Notes: generated by a model from the sequence alone, not told the origin. 34,259 nt of DNA from Cyanobacteriota bacterium (GCA_027483425.1 JAIXUR010000600.1:1-34259); one strand, 5' to 3'; shown: positions 9,889 to 19,640, numbered from the stretch's first letter. A program made the numbers and translations.

Positions 9889-10065
9889 GGCAGAGTAACC
9901 GCTTGATAGCTGAGCAGAGCCATCGATCGACCTACCGTTATGACCCCCTGGAAAGGGCCGATCCCGTGGCAACGAGTCAAGCCACGCTGGGCCAGAGCCG
10001 CTGAGCCAGCGTCCACGCCCATGGGCCCACGATCATGAAACCCCTTAGCCATGGCTAAACTCCAG

Positions 10066-10830
10066 CTACAAATCACCGCAGTGCGCATTGTTAATCTCTC
10101 CGTCGGCCATGCGGGTGTTGCAAAACCGAGCGGTGCTCAGGTCAGTGCGGTTGAGGTTAGCCCCCAGCAGATCGGCGTCGGTGAAGTTAGCGCCCGCTAG
10201 GGAGGCATCGCGGATCAGCGCTTCGCGCAGGTCGGCCCCGGTCAGGTCGGCCCCATCGAGGCGGGTGCCGATCAGATCGGCTCGATAGAACTGGCCATGG
10301 GTCAGGGTCGCGTTGCTGAGGTCGGTGGCCGACAGACTGGCCTGGTTAAAGACACCATTATCTAACTGACTGCCGCTGAGGTCGCTACCGTACCAGTTCG
10401 TGTTGCGGGCTTCGACGCCCTCTAGGTTAGCCTGGGGGGCCATGACCTCTACCAGGCGACTGCGGGTGAGCACGGCCTCGCTGAGGTTGGCGGTGCTGAG
10501 GTTAGCGCCCTCCAGGTTGGCCTCGTTGATGATCGCTCGGGTCAGATTGGCCTGGGTCAGATTGGCCTGGGTCAGATTGGCCCTGCTGAGTCGGGTTTGG
10601 CGTAGGTTAGCCCCGGACAGGTTGGCGTTGGTCAGGTCGGCATTGTTGAGATCCGCCCCGGCCAGCACTGCGTCGCTGAGGTCGCAGGCAACGCAGGTGC
10701 GGCTGATTAACAGCTGTTGCAGGGGGTCGAGGGTCGCGCCGGGGTGCACCCCGAGCCCGAGCACGGCGCCCAGGGATGCCACGAGGCCGATCTGTCCCCG
10801 GTACCAGTATTTTTTTAGACGGTCTGCCAT
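10066..10830 (-). CDS. Exported pentapeptide-repeat protein
   Basis: Signal-like N-terminus, CVACDLS, many A(D/N)LXX repeats, C-terminal FCNT..DG..NN.HC; exact 15-bp DNA triplication at 10539-10582. Confidence 0.92.
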   Translation of the reverse strand: MADRLKKYWYRGQIGLVASLGAVLGLGVHPGATLDPLQQLLISRTCVACDLSDAVLAGADLNNADLTNANLSGANLRQTRLSRANLTQANLTQANLTRAIINEANLEGANLSTANLSEAVLTRSRLVEVMAPQANLEGVEARNTNWYGSDLSGSQLDNGVFNQASLSATDLSNATLTHGQFYRADLIGTRLDGADLTGADLREALIRDASLAGANFTDADLLGANLNRTDLSTARFCNTRMADGEINNAHCGDL

Positions 10831-11158
10831 GGTGTGCCATCTCCTAAATCTAGGCCCAAAAATCTAAGGCCAAGTCGATAGATTGCTTCTACAATGTGTC
10901 AGCAACCTCTGGCCCGGCTGGTCTTGAAGCTGGCTTTAGAGGGTGGTTGAAAAGTCAAAGAGCGTCTCAGGTTATACCTAGGTCGTAGGCTAATGTCCTC
11001 AAAAATCAGCCTTTTTGCTGTCTCTCTGGTGGCAAATCAGACCTGGGACAACCCTTTTCAAACACCCTCTTAGGCTAGCACTTACCTCCAGCCCGGACTC
11101 TAGCTAGCCCTGACCCAGCCACCCAGATGGCTCTGATCGCTCTCGGTAGTTCGACCTC

Positions 11159-13003
11159 ATGGCATCTACACCGGCATCTTCGCCTTTGAGTTCTCGTCGA
11201 CGGCAGCACCCTGGCCCCAGTCGCCAGGTTAAGCCTTTGGAGTGGGTGTGGCTAACCCTGTGGGTCTTGCTGTTGACCGGTTCAGGGATCTTCTGCGGCT
11301 GGGCGCTCATGTGGCTCACCCGGATTCCGCCCCTGCCGGATTGCGAGCAGGTCACCCCGTTTCACTCGGCCAGCGATCTACTGTACTGTGCCAAGGCCCA
11401 GGCCCGCACCGGGGAACCCAACAATCTCGTGCAGTCGGTCTTGCTGACCGCCAATTGGCCCAAAACCAACGACCACTACGACGACTCCCAGGAAATTCTC
11501 AAGGATGCCTCGGAGCAAATCTTGGTGCTGGCCAACCGCTGGGCCCAGGCCGGCAAGCTGGAGGATGCGGTCAAGCTGGCGGGGGAAATTCCGCTCAATA
11601 CGCCGCTGCGGAAGCCCGCCCAGTCGGTGATCTTTGAGTGGCGGCAGGACTGGGAACAGGGTCGGGCGATCGAGGCTCAGTTGAAGCCGGCCCTGGCCGT
11701 CAGCGACTGGGAGCTAGCCAAGACCCACCTGCAAGCCTTTAAGAGCCTCAAGAGCGACTACTGGCTCACGACCCGTTACCTCTACTGGCAACGGCAGTTT
11801 CAGATTGAAAAACAGGCCTGGGATCAGCTCCTGGAGGCCCGCGCGCTGGCGTCCACCAACCAGATTGATAATTTGCGGCAGGCGGTGGTGCTGGCGCGAT
11901 CGCTCGACCTGCGCAGCCAAGTGTGGCCAGCGGCCGAAAACGACGTGAATCTCTGGAGCAAGACGATTCTGGATGTGGCCCTACAGCGGTGGCAGGTGGG
12001 CGATCGCGCCGGGGCCTTAGAACTGGCTAGCGTAGTTCCCCCGAGCCCCCATCTGGCCCAGGAGGCTCAGGATCTCCTGCACCTGAGCCATGCCCAGGCC
12101 TCTGCCCGCCAGGCTGAACCCACGGGCGATGGCCTCGCCCCCCGCTATGACCATATGTTTGCCCTGATGGAGGCGATCGGGGCGATCAATCAGCTCCCGG
12201 CGAACAGTCCCTACGCGGCGGCTGACCTATCCTCAGTGGAGGGTTGGACTGACCAGTTAAACGACCTGAGACAGCTGAAGTTTAGCGATATGGTATCTAG
12301 GCTAGGGCAGCGAACAACCTATGAATGGGCCATGCACCAGGCCCAGCGGGTAGAGGTGGGCCGCCCCCGCCGCATTCAGGGGCAAACACTGATCGCCCAG
12401 TGGCAGGCTAACCTGCAGCGCATTGAAGATCGCCCTATTTTGGCGGAGGCCCGCCGTCTGGCTCGGCCCGGTACGATTGCGGCCCTGCAAGCGGCCATTG
12501 CCAAGGCCGGAGAAGTCGCCCAGGGGAGAGCCTTGCGCATTGAGGGCCAGACCCTGGTGGCCGAGTGGCAGCAGGAAATTCAGGTGATCGAAGACCGCCC
12601 AATTTTAGATGCGGCGGTGGCCTTGGCCAACGAGGGCAAATTGCAGGAGGCGGTGACCGAGGCCCTCAAGATTGAGCCCACCCGCGCCCTCTACACCCGC
12701 GCCCAGGGACTTGTGGCGGAGTGGACGGCCTCGATTCAAATTGCCGAAGACAAGCCCATTTTGGATGAAGCCAAGGATTTGGCCTACGCTGGCAGCCTGT
12801 CGGCGGCGATCAACCTGGCCAGCCAAATTGCGCCAGGACGGGCACTCTACAACGAGGCCCAGGTCGCGATCGCCCTGTGGAAAAACGAGCGGGCCTACAT
12901 CTGGTCGATCTGGGAAGCCGAGGGTAAGCCTGTACCCGGCGGGGACAGCGCCCCAGCGGCGGACTCAGAACCAGCGGATTCAGAACCGGCGGGCCCAGAA
13001 TGA
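11159..13003 (+). CDS. Membrane-anchored alpha-helical repeat protein (conserved cyanobacterial hypothetical)
   Basis: N-terminal TM followed by PPLPDC...LYCA; three W...I..IED(R/K)PIL..A..LA repeats; no Walker A motif seen. Confidence 0.8.
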   Translation: MASTPASSPLSSRRRQHPGPSRQVKPLEWVWLTLWVLLLTGSGIFCGWALMWLTRIPPLPDCEQVTPFHSASDLLYCAKAQARTGEPNNLVQSVLLTANWPKTNDHYDDSQEILKDASEQILVLANRWAQAGKLEDAVKLAGEIPLNTPLRKPAQSVIFEWRQDWEQGRAIEAQLKPALAVSDWELAKTHLQAFKSLKSDYWLTTRYLYWQRQFQIEKQAWDQLLEARALASTNQIDNLRQAVVLARSLDLRSQVWPAAENDVNLWSKTILDVALQRWQVGDRAGALELASVVPPSPHLAQEAQDLLHLSHAQASARQAEPTGDGLAPRYDHMFALMEAIGAINQLPANSPYAAADLSSVEGWTDQLNDLRQLKFSDMVSRLGQRTTYEWAMHQAQRVEVGRPRRIQGQTLIAQWQANLQRIEDRPILAEARRLARPGTIAALQAAIAKAGEVAQGRALRIEGQTLVAEWQQEIQVIEDRPILDAAVALANEGKLQEAVTEALKIEPTRALYTRAQGLVAEWTASIQIAEDKPILDEAKDLAYAGSLSAAINLASQIAPGRALYNEAQVAIALWKNERAYIWSIWEAEGKPVPGGDSAPAADSEPADSEPAGPE

Positions 13004-14997
13004 CAACGCCCCCCCTGAGACTCATACTGGTGGACGAAGACCCGGTGTTTCGTCTGGGGCTGCGCATTTGGCTGGAGCAAACCGCTGGCTATGGGGTGGT
13101 GGCCGAAGCCAGCCAGGCCGAGGATGCCCTGACGATTTTGTCCAGCCGGGTCAGCGGGCCGAGCCCGCGCGCCGATGGAGCCTGGCCCCCGGAGCTCTCC
13201 CCCGAAGGAGCCGATGACTGGACTGTAACGGGGGCCAGCCCCTGGCCCGACCTAGATCTGGTGATCCTGGATCTGGGGCTGGGGGTGGGTAGCTCTGACC
13301 AACTGCCGGGGCTGCACCTCTGTCGCGAGATTAAAGCCCGCTACCCAAGTCTCCCCGTGCTGGTGCTCAGTGCCCAGGCTGAGCCCGTTTTAGCCGCCGC
13401 CGCTCGCCAGATGGGGGCCGATGGGTTTGGGGCCAGGGGCATGGCCGTGGGCGATTTAGATCGGCTGATTCAGCAGTTGGCGGGGCCCCAGCGCCAGCCT
13501 GTCCCAGCGGGGCCCCTCGGGGGTTCCCCTGGCCAGCGGACTCCCAACTCCTCACCGACCTTGGGCGCTGCCCCCACCCCGACGGCCCAGCCCGTACCGC
13601 CGCTGTTGACGGCCCTGCGGATTAGCCTGCGGCTGTCGTCGGTGCAGCAAATTGAAGCGGTGATGGCGCAGATCGAGGCTGAGCAGTACCGGGGGCGCGG
13701 CTCGCTGCTGTCTGAAGCCCTGCTCGCCGGGCGCTATCGAGAACTTAGAGCAGCTCGCTGGCTGGTGCGTAAGCTATTGGCCACGCCCAACTTTTCTGAC
13801 CAGTGGCAGCCGGTTGGCCCATCCGGCCCTGACCGTGGCCCAGATCGCGGTGGTTGGCTGGAGTCGCCAAGGCGGGCCGGAGGGGGGGCCGGGGTACCTC
13901 CCCGAGCGCCCAGGGAAGGTAGCTATCTAGGCGGCCGACCTGGCGATGCCCTGGCGGTGGCCCTGGGCGATCGCCCCTTAGAGCCGGTCGTTAACCAACG
14001 CCTGGCGTTGGAGCAGGGCGATCTGGCGACCGTGGTCTTTGAGCGGGTGTTTCGCCAATTGCAGGGGCTGCTCGACAATACCAGCGGTACCCCGCTTGAA
14101 ACCGACATTCTGCGCGACGACAAAAAGCGGGAGCTGTTTTACCTGCTGCTGCGCAAATTTGAAGATGCCCTGGATAGCCTGCGCCAGGCCGGGGTGCCAC
14201 CGGGCCAGCTGGCCGAGAAATATCCCCTGGTGCTGCACGATGTCTGGCTGGCCACCGTTACAGACTTCTTTGGCCGCTACTACACCCTCCAGGTCGACAC
14301 CCTGGAGCAGCCTGTGGTTCCTGCTCTGTTGGCTGAAGCCCCCGTGGTTCAGGCCGCCATTCTAGACCGTGTGCCGTTGGTGCCCATGCTGCTGGGGCAC
14401 CTGATTTTTAACGAGTCGGTGGTGGTCGATGGCAGTCTCTACGAGGCGGCTAATCCCGCCGCTCTGGCCCGTAGCCAGGAGCTGCTCGAGCATCTCCTGA
14501 TTCAGTTGGCCAACGCGGTGGTGCAGCCCTTGCTGAACAATTTTGCCGATGTGGAGCTGATCAAAAAGAACCTGTATCAGCGCCGCATGATCACCAGCCG
14601 CGACATTGAGCGGTTTCGCAACGACCTCTCCTGGCGCTACCGCTGGGATGGGCTGATCAACGAGCCCAAGGCCATTTTTGAGAGCCAGTACCGGCTGTTT
14701 GGCTTTACCGAGCGAGGCATTCAGGCTCAGCTGGTCTACGCTCCTCGGCGGCAGGAATTGGAGCAGCTCTCGGGCTTGCAGCGGGCGGTCACCCTGGCGG
14801 TCGAGGCCCGAGATGCGATCGCCCCCCGGTTCCGCTCAGCGGTCTCCCTGGTGGGCAGCGGCATCGTGTATGTGCTGACCGATGTGATTGGGCGCGGCAT
14901 TGGGCTAATTGGGCGGGGGATTTTGCGGGGGGTCGGCGGGGCCTGGCGCGACCCCCGTTACCGCCGTGACGGTCAAGATAGCAACATGCAGGGCTAA
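13000..14997 (+). CDS. ycf55: Ycf55-like response regulator (REC + DUF3685)
   Basis: LILVDED...DLVILDL REC domain; C-terminal SRDIERFRNDLSWRYR, EPKAIFES, YAPRRQEL, GRGIGLIGRGILRG; 4-bp ATGA overlap with the upstream gene. Confidence 0.85.
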   Translation: MTTPPLRLILVDEDPVFRLGLRIWLEQTAGYGVVAEASQAEDALTILSSRVSGPSPRADGAWPPELSPEGADDWTVTGASPWPDLDLVILDLGLGVGSSDQLPGLHLCREIKARYPSLPVLVLSAQAEPVLAAAARQMGADGFGARGMAVGDLDRLIQQLAGPQRQPVPAGPLGGSPGQRTPNSSPTLGAAPTPTAQPVPPLLTALRISLRLSSVQQIEAVMAQIEAEQYRGRGSLLSEALLAGRYRELRAARWLVRKLLATPNFSDQWQPVGPSGPDRGPDRGGWLESPRRAGGGAGVPPRAPREGSYLGGRPGDALAVALGDRPLEPVVNQRLALEQGDLATVVFERVFRQLQGLLDNTSGTPLETDILRDDKKRELFYLLLRKFEDALDSLRQAGVPPGQLAEKYPLVLHDVWLATVTDFFGRYYTLQVDTLEQPVVPALLAEAPVVQAAILDRVPLVPMLLGHLIFNESVVVDGSLYEAANPAALARSQELLEHLLIQLANAVVQPLLNNFADVELIKKNLYQRRMITSRDIERFRNDLSWRYRWDGLINEPKAIFESQYRLFGFTERGIQAQLVYAPRRQELEQLSGLQRAVTLAVEARDAIAPRFRSAVSLVGSGIVYVLTDVIGRGIGLIGRGILRGVGGAWRDPRYRRDGQDSNMQG

Positions 14998-15256
14998 CCA
15001 GCACCATGCCCAGGGATGCCGTCGTGGGAGCCGTTGGGGGCATTGAGCGAGGCCGCGGTGGAGGCCGCGATCGCCATGCCCCCACGAATCATCCCAAGGG
15101 TTCACACAAAATCTGCATTTTTTTGGGACAATCAGCTGATGAGAAATCCTCGTTGGAGCCTCACCCATGCCCATAGCACCCTTTACTTCACGGCTTCTGG
15201 CCGGCTTTAGCAGGGCTAGGGGCTGTGCGTCGGCCAAGCCAGGGATCCCAGCCGCT

Positions 15257-15286
15257 CGGTGGATCGCCAGTTCACCGCCTTTTTTT
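15257..15286 (+). terminator. Terminator-like hairpin with T7 tail just upstream of the GT2 gene
   Basis: cggtgga-tcgccag-ttcaccg, then cc and ttttttt. Confidence 0.4.
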
Positions 15287-15315
15287 CGTTGTCTACGGGG
15301 AGTTAATCCACGCCT

Positions 15316-16815
15316 ATGAAGTCGAGCTTGGCGTTTTCTGCTGAGCCTTTCCTGGCTGCGGCCAGGCGGCTGTTCTGGTTAAGTCTCTGGTTACTGTGGA
15401 TACCCCTGGGGGTATATATCACTCTCCTCAATCGAGGCTATGACCTCGGGCTGTTACAGATGGCTTTATTGGTCATTTCCATCCTGGGTTTGGGGGTGAT
15501 TAATTCCGAGACAGCCTCGGTCATTTACAGCTGCCTGGGGCCCACGCCCTGGCTAGGCCGTGGATTTCTCCAGCGCCTGGGTCTAGGGGCATGGCCCGGG
15601 CGGCCTCGGCCTGCTCGGCCTGCGCCACGGTTGCCCCTGGCGATGGTGACGGCGTCGCCGGTGGCGGTGCCCTTTGTCTCGGTGATTGTGGTGGCTTACC
15701 TGCCCAACGAGCAGGACATCATCGAAGATACCCTGCTCCATTGGCTGACCCAGGTGACCCCACCGGCCCAGGGCTGGGAAATTATCCTGGCCTACAACAC
15801 ATCGACTCGGCTGCCCGTAGAGGCCCGCCTGCGTCGGTTAGCCCAACGCTATCCAGCCCTGGTGCTGTTGCCGGTGAGCCAAAGCCACTCCAAAGCCGAA
15901 AATCTAAACGCGGCCCTGGCGGTGGTCAGGGGCGATATGACCTGCATCTTTGACTCGGATCACTACCCATCGGCGGACTGCCTCAGCCGAGCCTGGGCCT
16001 GGCTGTACCAAGGCCGGTACGACGGGGTCCAGGGGCGCAATATCATTCGCAATGCCCAAGATAACTGGCTGACCCAGATGATCGCGGTGGAGTTTGAGTG
16101 CATTTACGGGGTCAGTCACTACGGGCGATCGCTGCTGGCCGATACCGCCCTCTTTGGCGGCTCAAACGGCTACTGGCGCACCACGACCCTGCGCGATCTG
16201 GGCTTTAACCCCGCCCGACTCACCGAGGACATTGACCTCACTGTGCGGGGGCTGCTGGGGGGCTATCGCCTGGTCCATGACCCCGCCATTGTGACCACCG
16301 AACTGGCCCCCGATAATTTGCGCGCCCTGTGGCTACAACGCCAGCGGTGGGGCCAGGGCTGGTTAGAGGTAGCCGGTGCGCACCTGGGGTCGGTGCTGCG
16401 ATCGCCCCACCTCGATGCCGTGCAAAAGCCCTGCTGGGTCATCATGCTCCTGTTCAGCCAGTACTTTTATCCCCTGGTTTGGCAAGTGGTGCCGATGTCG
16501 ATGGCCATGTACCTGAGCCAAACGGACCATAACCTCGTCTTTGAGACCCTGAATGGGGCGCTGATCGTTCTGCTGTCCGCCAGTGTGGTGCTACAGGTCG
16601 TGGTGGCGCTGGGGTTGCGCCCGGCCCTGTCGACCTACACCCGACGCCACGGCATGATCTACTGCCTGCTGTCGCCAGTCTATTTTTGGCTCAAGGCGCT
16701 GATTGCCATGGTGGCTCTGGCCAACCACCTCTGCGGCAACCGGGTCTGGCACGTGACCGCCCGCACCAAAAGGAAGTCGAGGAGGTGGAGGGTGGCCCTG
16801 CGGGGGGCGAAATGA
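15316..16815 (+). CDS. Processive family 2 glycosyltransferase (cellulose-synthase-like), multi-TM
   Basis: AYLPNE, KAENLN, FDSD, TED and QRQRW (D,D,D,QxxRW) motifs; N- and C-terminal TM helices. Confidence 0.9.
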   Translation: MKSSLAFSAEPFLAAARRLFWLSLWLLWIPLGVYITLLNRGYDLGLLQMALLVISILGLGVINSETASVIYSCLGPTPWLGRGFLQRLGLGAWPGRPRPARPAPRLPLAMVTASPVAVPFVSVIVVAYLPNEQDIIEDTLLHWLTQVTPPAQGWEIILAYNTSTRLPVEARLRRLAQRYPALVLLPVSQSHSKAENLNAALAVVRGDMTCIFDSDHYPSADCLSRAWAWLYQGRYDGVQGRNIIRNAQDNWLTQMIAVEFECIYGVSHYGRSLLADTALFGGSNGYWRTTTLRDLGFNPARLTEDIDLTVRGLLGGYRLVHDPAIVTTELAPDNLRALWLQRQRWGQGWLEVAGAHLGSVLRSPHLDAVQKPCWVIMLLFSQYFYPLVWQVVPMSMAMYLSQTDHNLVFETLNGALIVLLSASVVLQVVVALGLRPALSTYTRRHGMIYCLLSPVYFWLKALIAMVALANHLCGNRVWHVTARTKRKSRRWRVALRGAK

Positions 16816-16955
16816 GGGCAGGGGAGAGTCGAATAACAGCCCATGGGATGAGTCCATGGGATTATTGTGGCGATTGACCGTCCGGGACGCCTCTACCCCA
16901 AGGCCATGGTTTGGGTCTAGCCTAGGGCAGAGGTCAAAACCATAGATTTAACCCC

Positions 16956-16987
16956 AAAAAAAGCCCCCGACGCGGGGCCGGGGTAGC
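16956..16987 (-). terminator. Rho-independent terminator
   Basis: Minus strand reads ccccgg-ccccgcg-tcgggg-gc-ttttttt. Confidence 0.7.
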
Positions 16988-17030
16988 GGGTTGTTGTTGT
17001 TCTGGAGGGACGCTGAACACCGTTCATACT
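16956..17030 (-). ncRNA. Candidate small RNA (or 3' UTR of thrC)
   Basis: Minus strand: tgaac..gttca hairpin, single-stranded ccctccagaacaacaacaaccc (anti-SD-like), then terminator; 5' end is a guess. Confidence 0.35.
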
Positions 17031-17161
17031 CTCCAGTTCTAGCTACAGGAGATAACGCTCAGATTACGGATGGTTGATGGAGGATCCTGAGAACCTATAA
17101 AGTTTGGCACCATACTGCCAGGCTTGAGCCAGCCCAGGCCGGGGCCTAAAATCCCTGGCCC

Positions 17162-18283
17162 CTAAAACCCCATGGCCTTGGCCAGGATCAGGGGCTCAGG
17201 GTTGAGCCCCCCTTTCACCTGGTTGTTGCTGTGGGCGATCGCAGTGTCAGGGTCTTTGAGGCCATTGCCGGTTAGGACGCACACGATGTTGGCCCCTGGG
17301 GGCACCTGATCCTTCACTTTTAAGAGCCCGGCCACCGAGGCGGCACTGGCGGGTTCGCAGAATACGCCCTCCAGGGCCAGGAGGCGGTAGGCCTCTAGAA
17401 TTTCGTCATCGGTGACGGCGGTAAACGATCCTTGGCTGGCATCGCGCACCGCTTCGGCCTTGGTCCAACTGGCTGGGTTGCCAATGCGAATGGCGGTCGC
17501 CAGGGTCTGGGGGTCACGCACCACATGGCCACTGACCAAGGGGGCCGCCCCCGCCGCCTGAAAGCCCATCATGCGAGGCAAGCGACTGCACTTACGCTGC
17601 TGGTGGTATTCGCAAAAGCCCATCCAGTAGGCGGTAATGTTGCCCGCGTTGCCCACTGGAATACACAGCCAATCGGGGGCATCGCCCAGGGCGTCAACCA
17701 CCTCGAAGGCCCCTGTCTTTTGCCCTTCCAGACGATAGGGGTTAACCGAGTTCACCAAGGTAATGGGGTAGTCTTCCGCGAGCTCGCGCACCAGGGTCAG
17801 GGCGTCGTCAAAGTTGCCGTTGATGGCCAATACCTCAGCCCCGTAGAGCAGCGCCTGGGCCAGCTTGCCCAGCGCCACATAGCCATCGGGAATGAGCACA
17901 AAGGCCCGCATGCCGCCTCTCCGGGCGTAGGCGGCCGCAGAGGCAGAGGTGTTACCGGTACTCGCGCAGATCACCGCCTCGGCCCCGGCCTCTTTAGCCT
18001 TAGAGATGGCCATGGTCATGCCCCGGTCTTTGAAACTGCCGGTGGGGTTGAGCCCGTCGTACTTGACCCAAACAGTGACATCTTTGCCAATGTGCTGGGC
18101 TAAGACCGGCATTGGAATCAGGGGGGTGTTGCCCTCGCACAGGGTCACCACTGGGGTCTGGGCTGAAACAGGGAGGTAATCTCGATAGGCTTCGATCAGA
18201 CCAGGCCAAGGCTGCAGCCCTGGGGCGGGCGATCGATGGGCTGAGGTGGCAGCAACGCCAGAGGGATTTACGCTTAGGGTCAC
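17162..18283 (-). CDS. thrC: Threonine synthase
   Basis: [13 protein letters not shown]-lysine motif, [34 protein letters not shown]; GTG start at 18283 preferred over 18310. Confidence 0.96.
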   Translation of the reverse strand: MTLSVNPSGVAATSAHRSPAPGLQPWPGLIEAYRDYLPVSAQTPVVTLCEGNTPLIPMPVLAQHIGKDVTVWVKYDGLNPTGSFKDRGMTMAISKAKEAGAEAVICASTGNTSASAAAYARRGGMRAFVLIPDGYVALGKLAQALLYGAEVLAINGNFDDALTLVRELAEDYPITLVNSVNPYRLEGQKTGAFEVVDALGDAPDWLCIPVGNAGNITAYWMGFCEYHQQRKCSRLPRMMGFQAAGAAPLVSGHVVRDPQTLATAIRIGNPASWTKAEAVRDASQGSFTAVTDDEILEAYRLLALEGVFCEPASAASVAGLLKVKDQVPPGANIVCVLTGNGLKDPDTAIAHSNNQVKGGLNPEPLILAKAMGF

Positions 18284-18450
18284 GGTAGGTTGACGATAGT
18301 AAAGAGCCAACGGCCCCGGCCAGCAATGGCCTGGCCTGGGGTCAGCATTTCGTGTTCTTTAGTCTACCGTGAGCCCAGACCCCAATGGATCAGGAATGCC
18401 ATTATTGGGTCTTCAGATCACTGCTCCAAGCGTTTTGTCTTCAGCCTGTC

Positions 18451-18468
18451 CTAACCAAAGTGGCGATC
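18451..18468 (+). repeat. 18-bp direct repeat, left copy (ctaaccaaagtggcgatc), running into HIP1
   Basis: Identical to 19623-19640. Confidence 0.9.
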
Positions 18469-18678
18469 GCCCCCTTGATTGCTCTAACCCTGGTCATCGG
18501 CCCGCTGCTAGAATTGCCGATTATGGCGCTGGTGGCGCAGAGACTCCTGCGACTCCGCCCTTAAACTTCTCATAATTGTTAAATAAACCCGTGATTATGG
18601 TCTTCTAGGTACTGACTCCTGTATCAGGCACCTGCCTGAAGACTTAAACTTAAGATATGCGTTTCAGGGGGTAACCCT

Positions 18679-19380
18679 ATGCGACTGTCCACTAAATCTT
18701 TTGCTGCGATCGCAGGTTTCAGCGTTGCGGTCGCAGGTGCCATCGCCATTCCCTATCTCACCTCACCCTCCAGTGCCGATCCCTTACAGCAACCTGGTCG
18801 ACCCGGCTGGCAGATGCCCATGAATCGAGGCCCCATGCCCATGCACCAGAGTGGCCGACAAGGGCATCATGGGCAAATGATGCACATGATGCAGGCCAAT
18901 AACGAGTTTGAGTTTTTAAGCCTGATGATTCCCCACCATGAGGAAGCCATTGCCACAGCTCAACGGGTGCTGGAGTATAGCGATCGCCCTGAGATGCGGG
19001 AGTTCGCTCAGGACATCATTGACGTGCAAACAGCCGAAATCGAGCAGATGGAGGCCTGGTTAGGTGAGTGGTATTCCGGTCAGGACACCAACCTCACCTA
19101 CGCTCCCATGATGCGCGACCTGAGCCAACTCGAAGGGGATGCCCTCGATCAGGCGTTTTTAGAAGACATGATTATGCACCACATGGGAGCCGTGATGATG
19201 TCGCAACACTTGGTAAACCTCGGTCTGGTCGAGCACCAGGCAGTCCAGCCCTTTGCTCAAAATATTGCCGATACCCAGCGGCAAGAAATCTGGCAGATGC
19301 AAGCTTGGTTGCAGGAATGGTATGGAGTCGCAGGAATGCCAATGGGCAATGGCATGATGCCCTGTGGAATGCCTTACTAG
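18679..19380 (+). CDS. DUF305 (CopM-like) exported Met/His-rich metal-binding protein
   Basis: Signal peptide; two DUF305 halves FL..MIPHHEEAI and FL.DMIMHHMGAV, each with I...Q..EI.QM..WL; Met/His-rich N-terminus. Confidence 0.9.
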   Translation: MRLSTKSFAAIAGFSVAVAGAIAIPYLTSPSSADPLQQPGRPGWQMPMNRGPMPMHQSGRQGHHGQMMHMMQANNEFEFLSLMIPHHEEAIATAQRVLEYSDRPEMREFAQDIIDVQTAEIEQMEAWLGEWYSGQDTNLTYAPMMRDLSQLEGDALDQAFLEDMIMHHMGAVMMSQHLVNLGLVEHQAVQPFAQNIADTQRQEIWQMQAWLQEWYGVAGMPMGNGMMPCGMPY

Positions 19381-19510
19381 GCGCAATGAGTGCTGTATCT
19401 TGATCTAAAAATGGAGTAAGCCGTTAGGCATTTGGCGATAGTTCAATCGTATTAATGGCGACTCTAGTCAAGTCTTTTTGTCTAAACTTATGGCCAAAGG
19501 CTCGCTATGA

Positions 19511-19535
19511 ATTCCCACCTACGTGGGAATGACGG
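19511..19535. repeat. dRS3/REP-like palindrome ATTCCC-N8-GGGAAT-GACGG
   Basis: attcccac-ctac-gtgggaat gacgg. Confidence 0.75.
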
Positions 19536-19622
19536 TGGGGCTTCATTTGTTTGCCAGTCCATAAACTCAGCCCAGCGGGCCGGTCACATCAAAAGCCTGG
19601 ATGAGTAATTAAACGGAACACG

Positions 19623-19640
19623 CTAACCAAAGTGGCGATC
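19623..19640 (+). repeat. 18-bp direct repeat, right copy, followed by a 12-bp near-duplication that completes a HIP1 site
   Basis: ctaaccaaagtggcgatc then aacgtggcgatcgc (19641-19654). Confidence 0.9.

Noticed and set aside
12954-12999. Imperfect 15-bp repeats (ADSEP) at the C-terminus of the helical-repeat protein
   Set aside because: Short low-complexity tail; no evidence of function
11159-13003. Chromosome segregation ATPase label often attached to such proteins
   Set aside because: No Walker A/B motifs visible; only a TM anchor and helical repeats
17432-18103. 223-aa ORF antisense to thrC, and the many other short overlapping ORFs in the track
   Set aside because: Lie within well-supported genes; Arg/Pro/Gly-rich or mirror-frame composition typical of non-coding frames
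18369-18575. 68-aa ORF spanning the left direct repeat
   Set aside because: No RBS or motif; crosses a putative insertion junction in a promoter region
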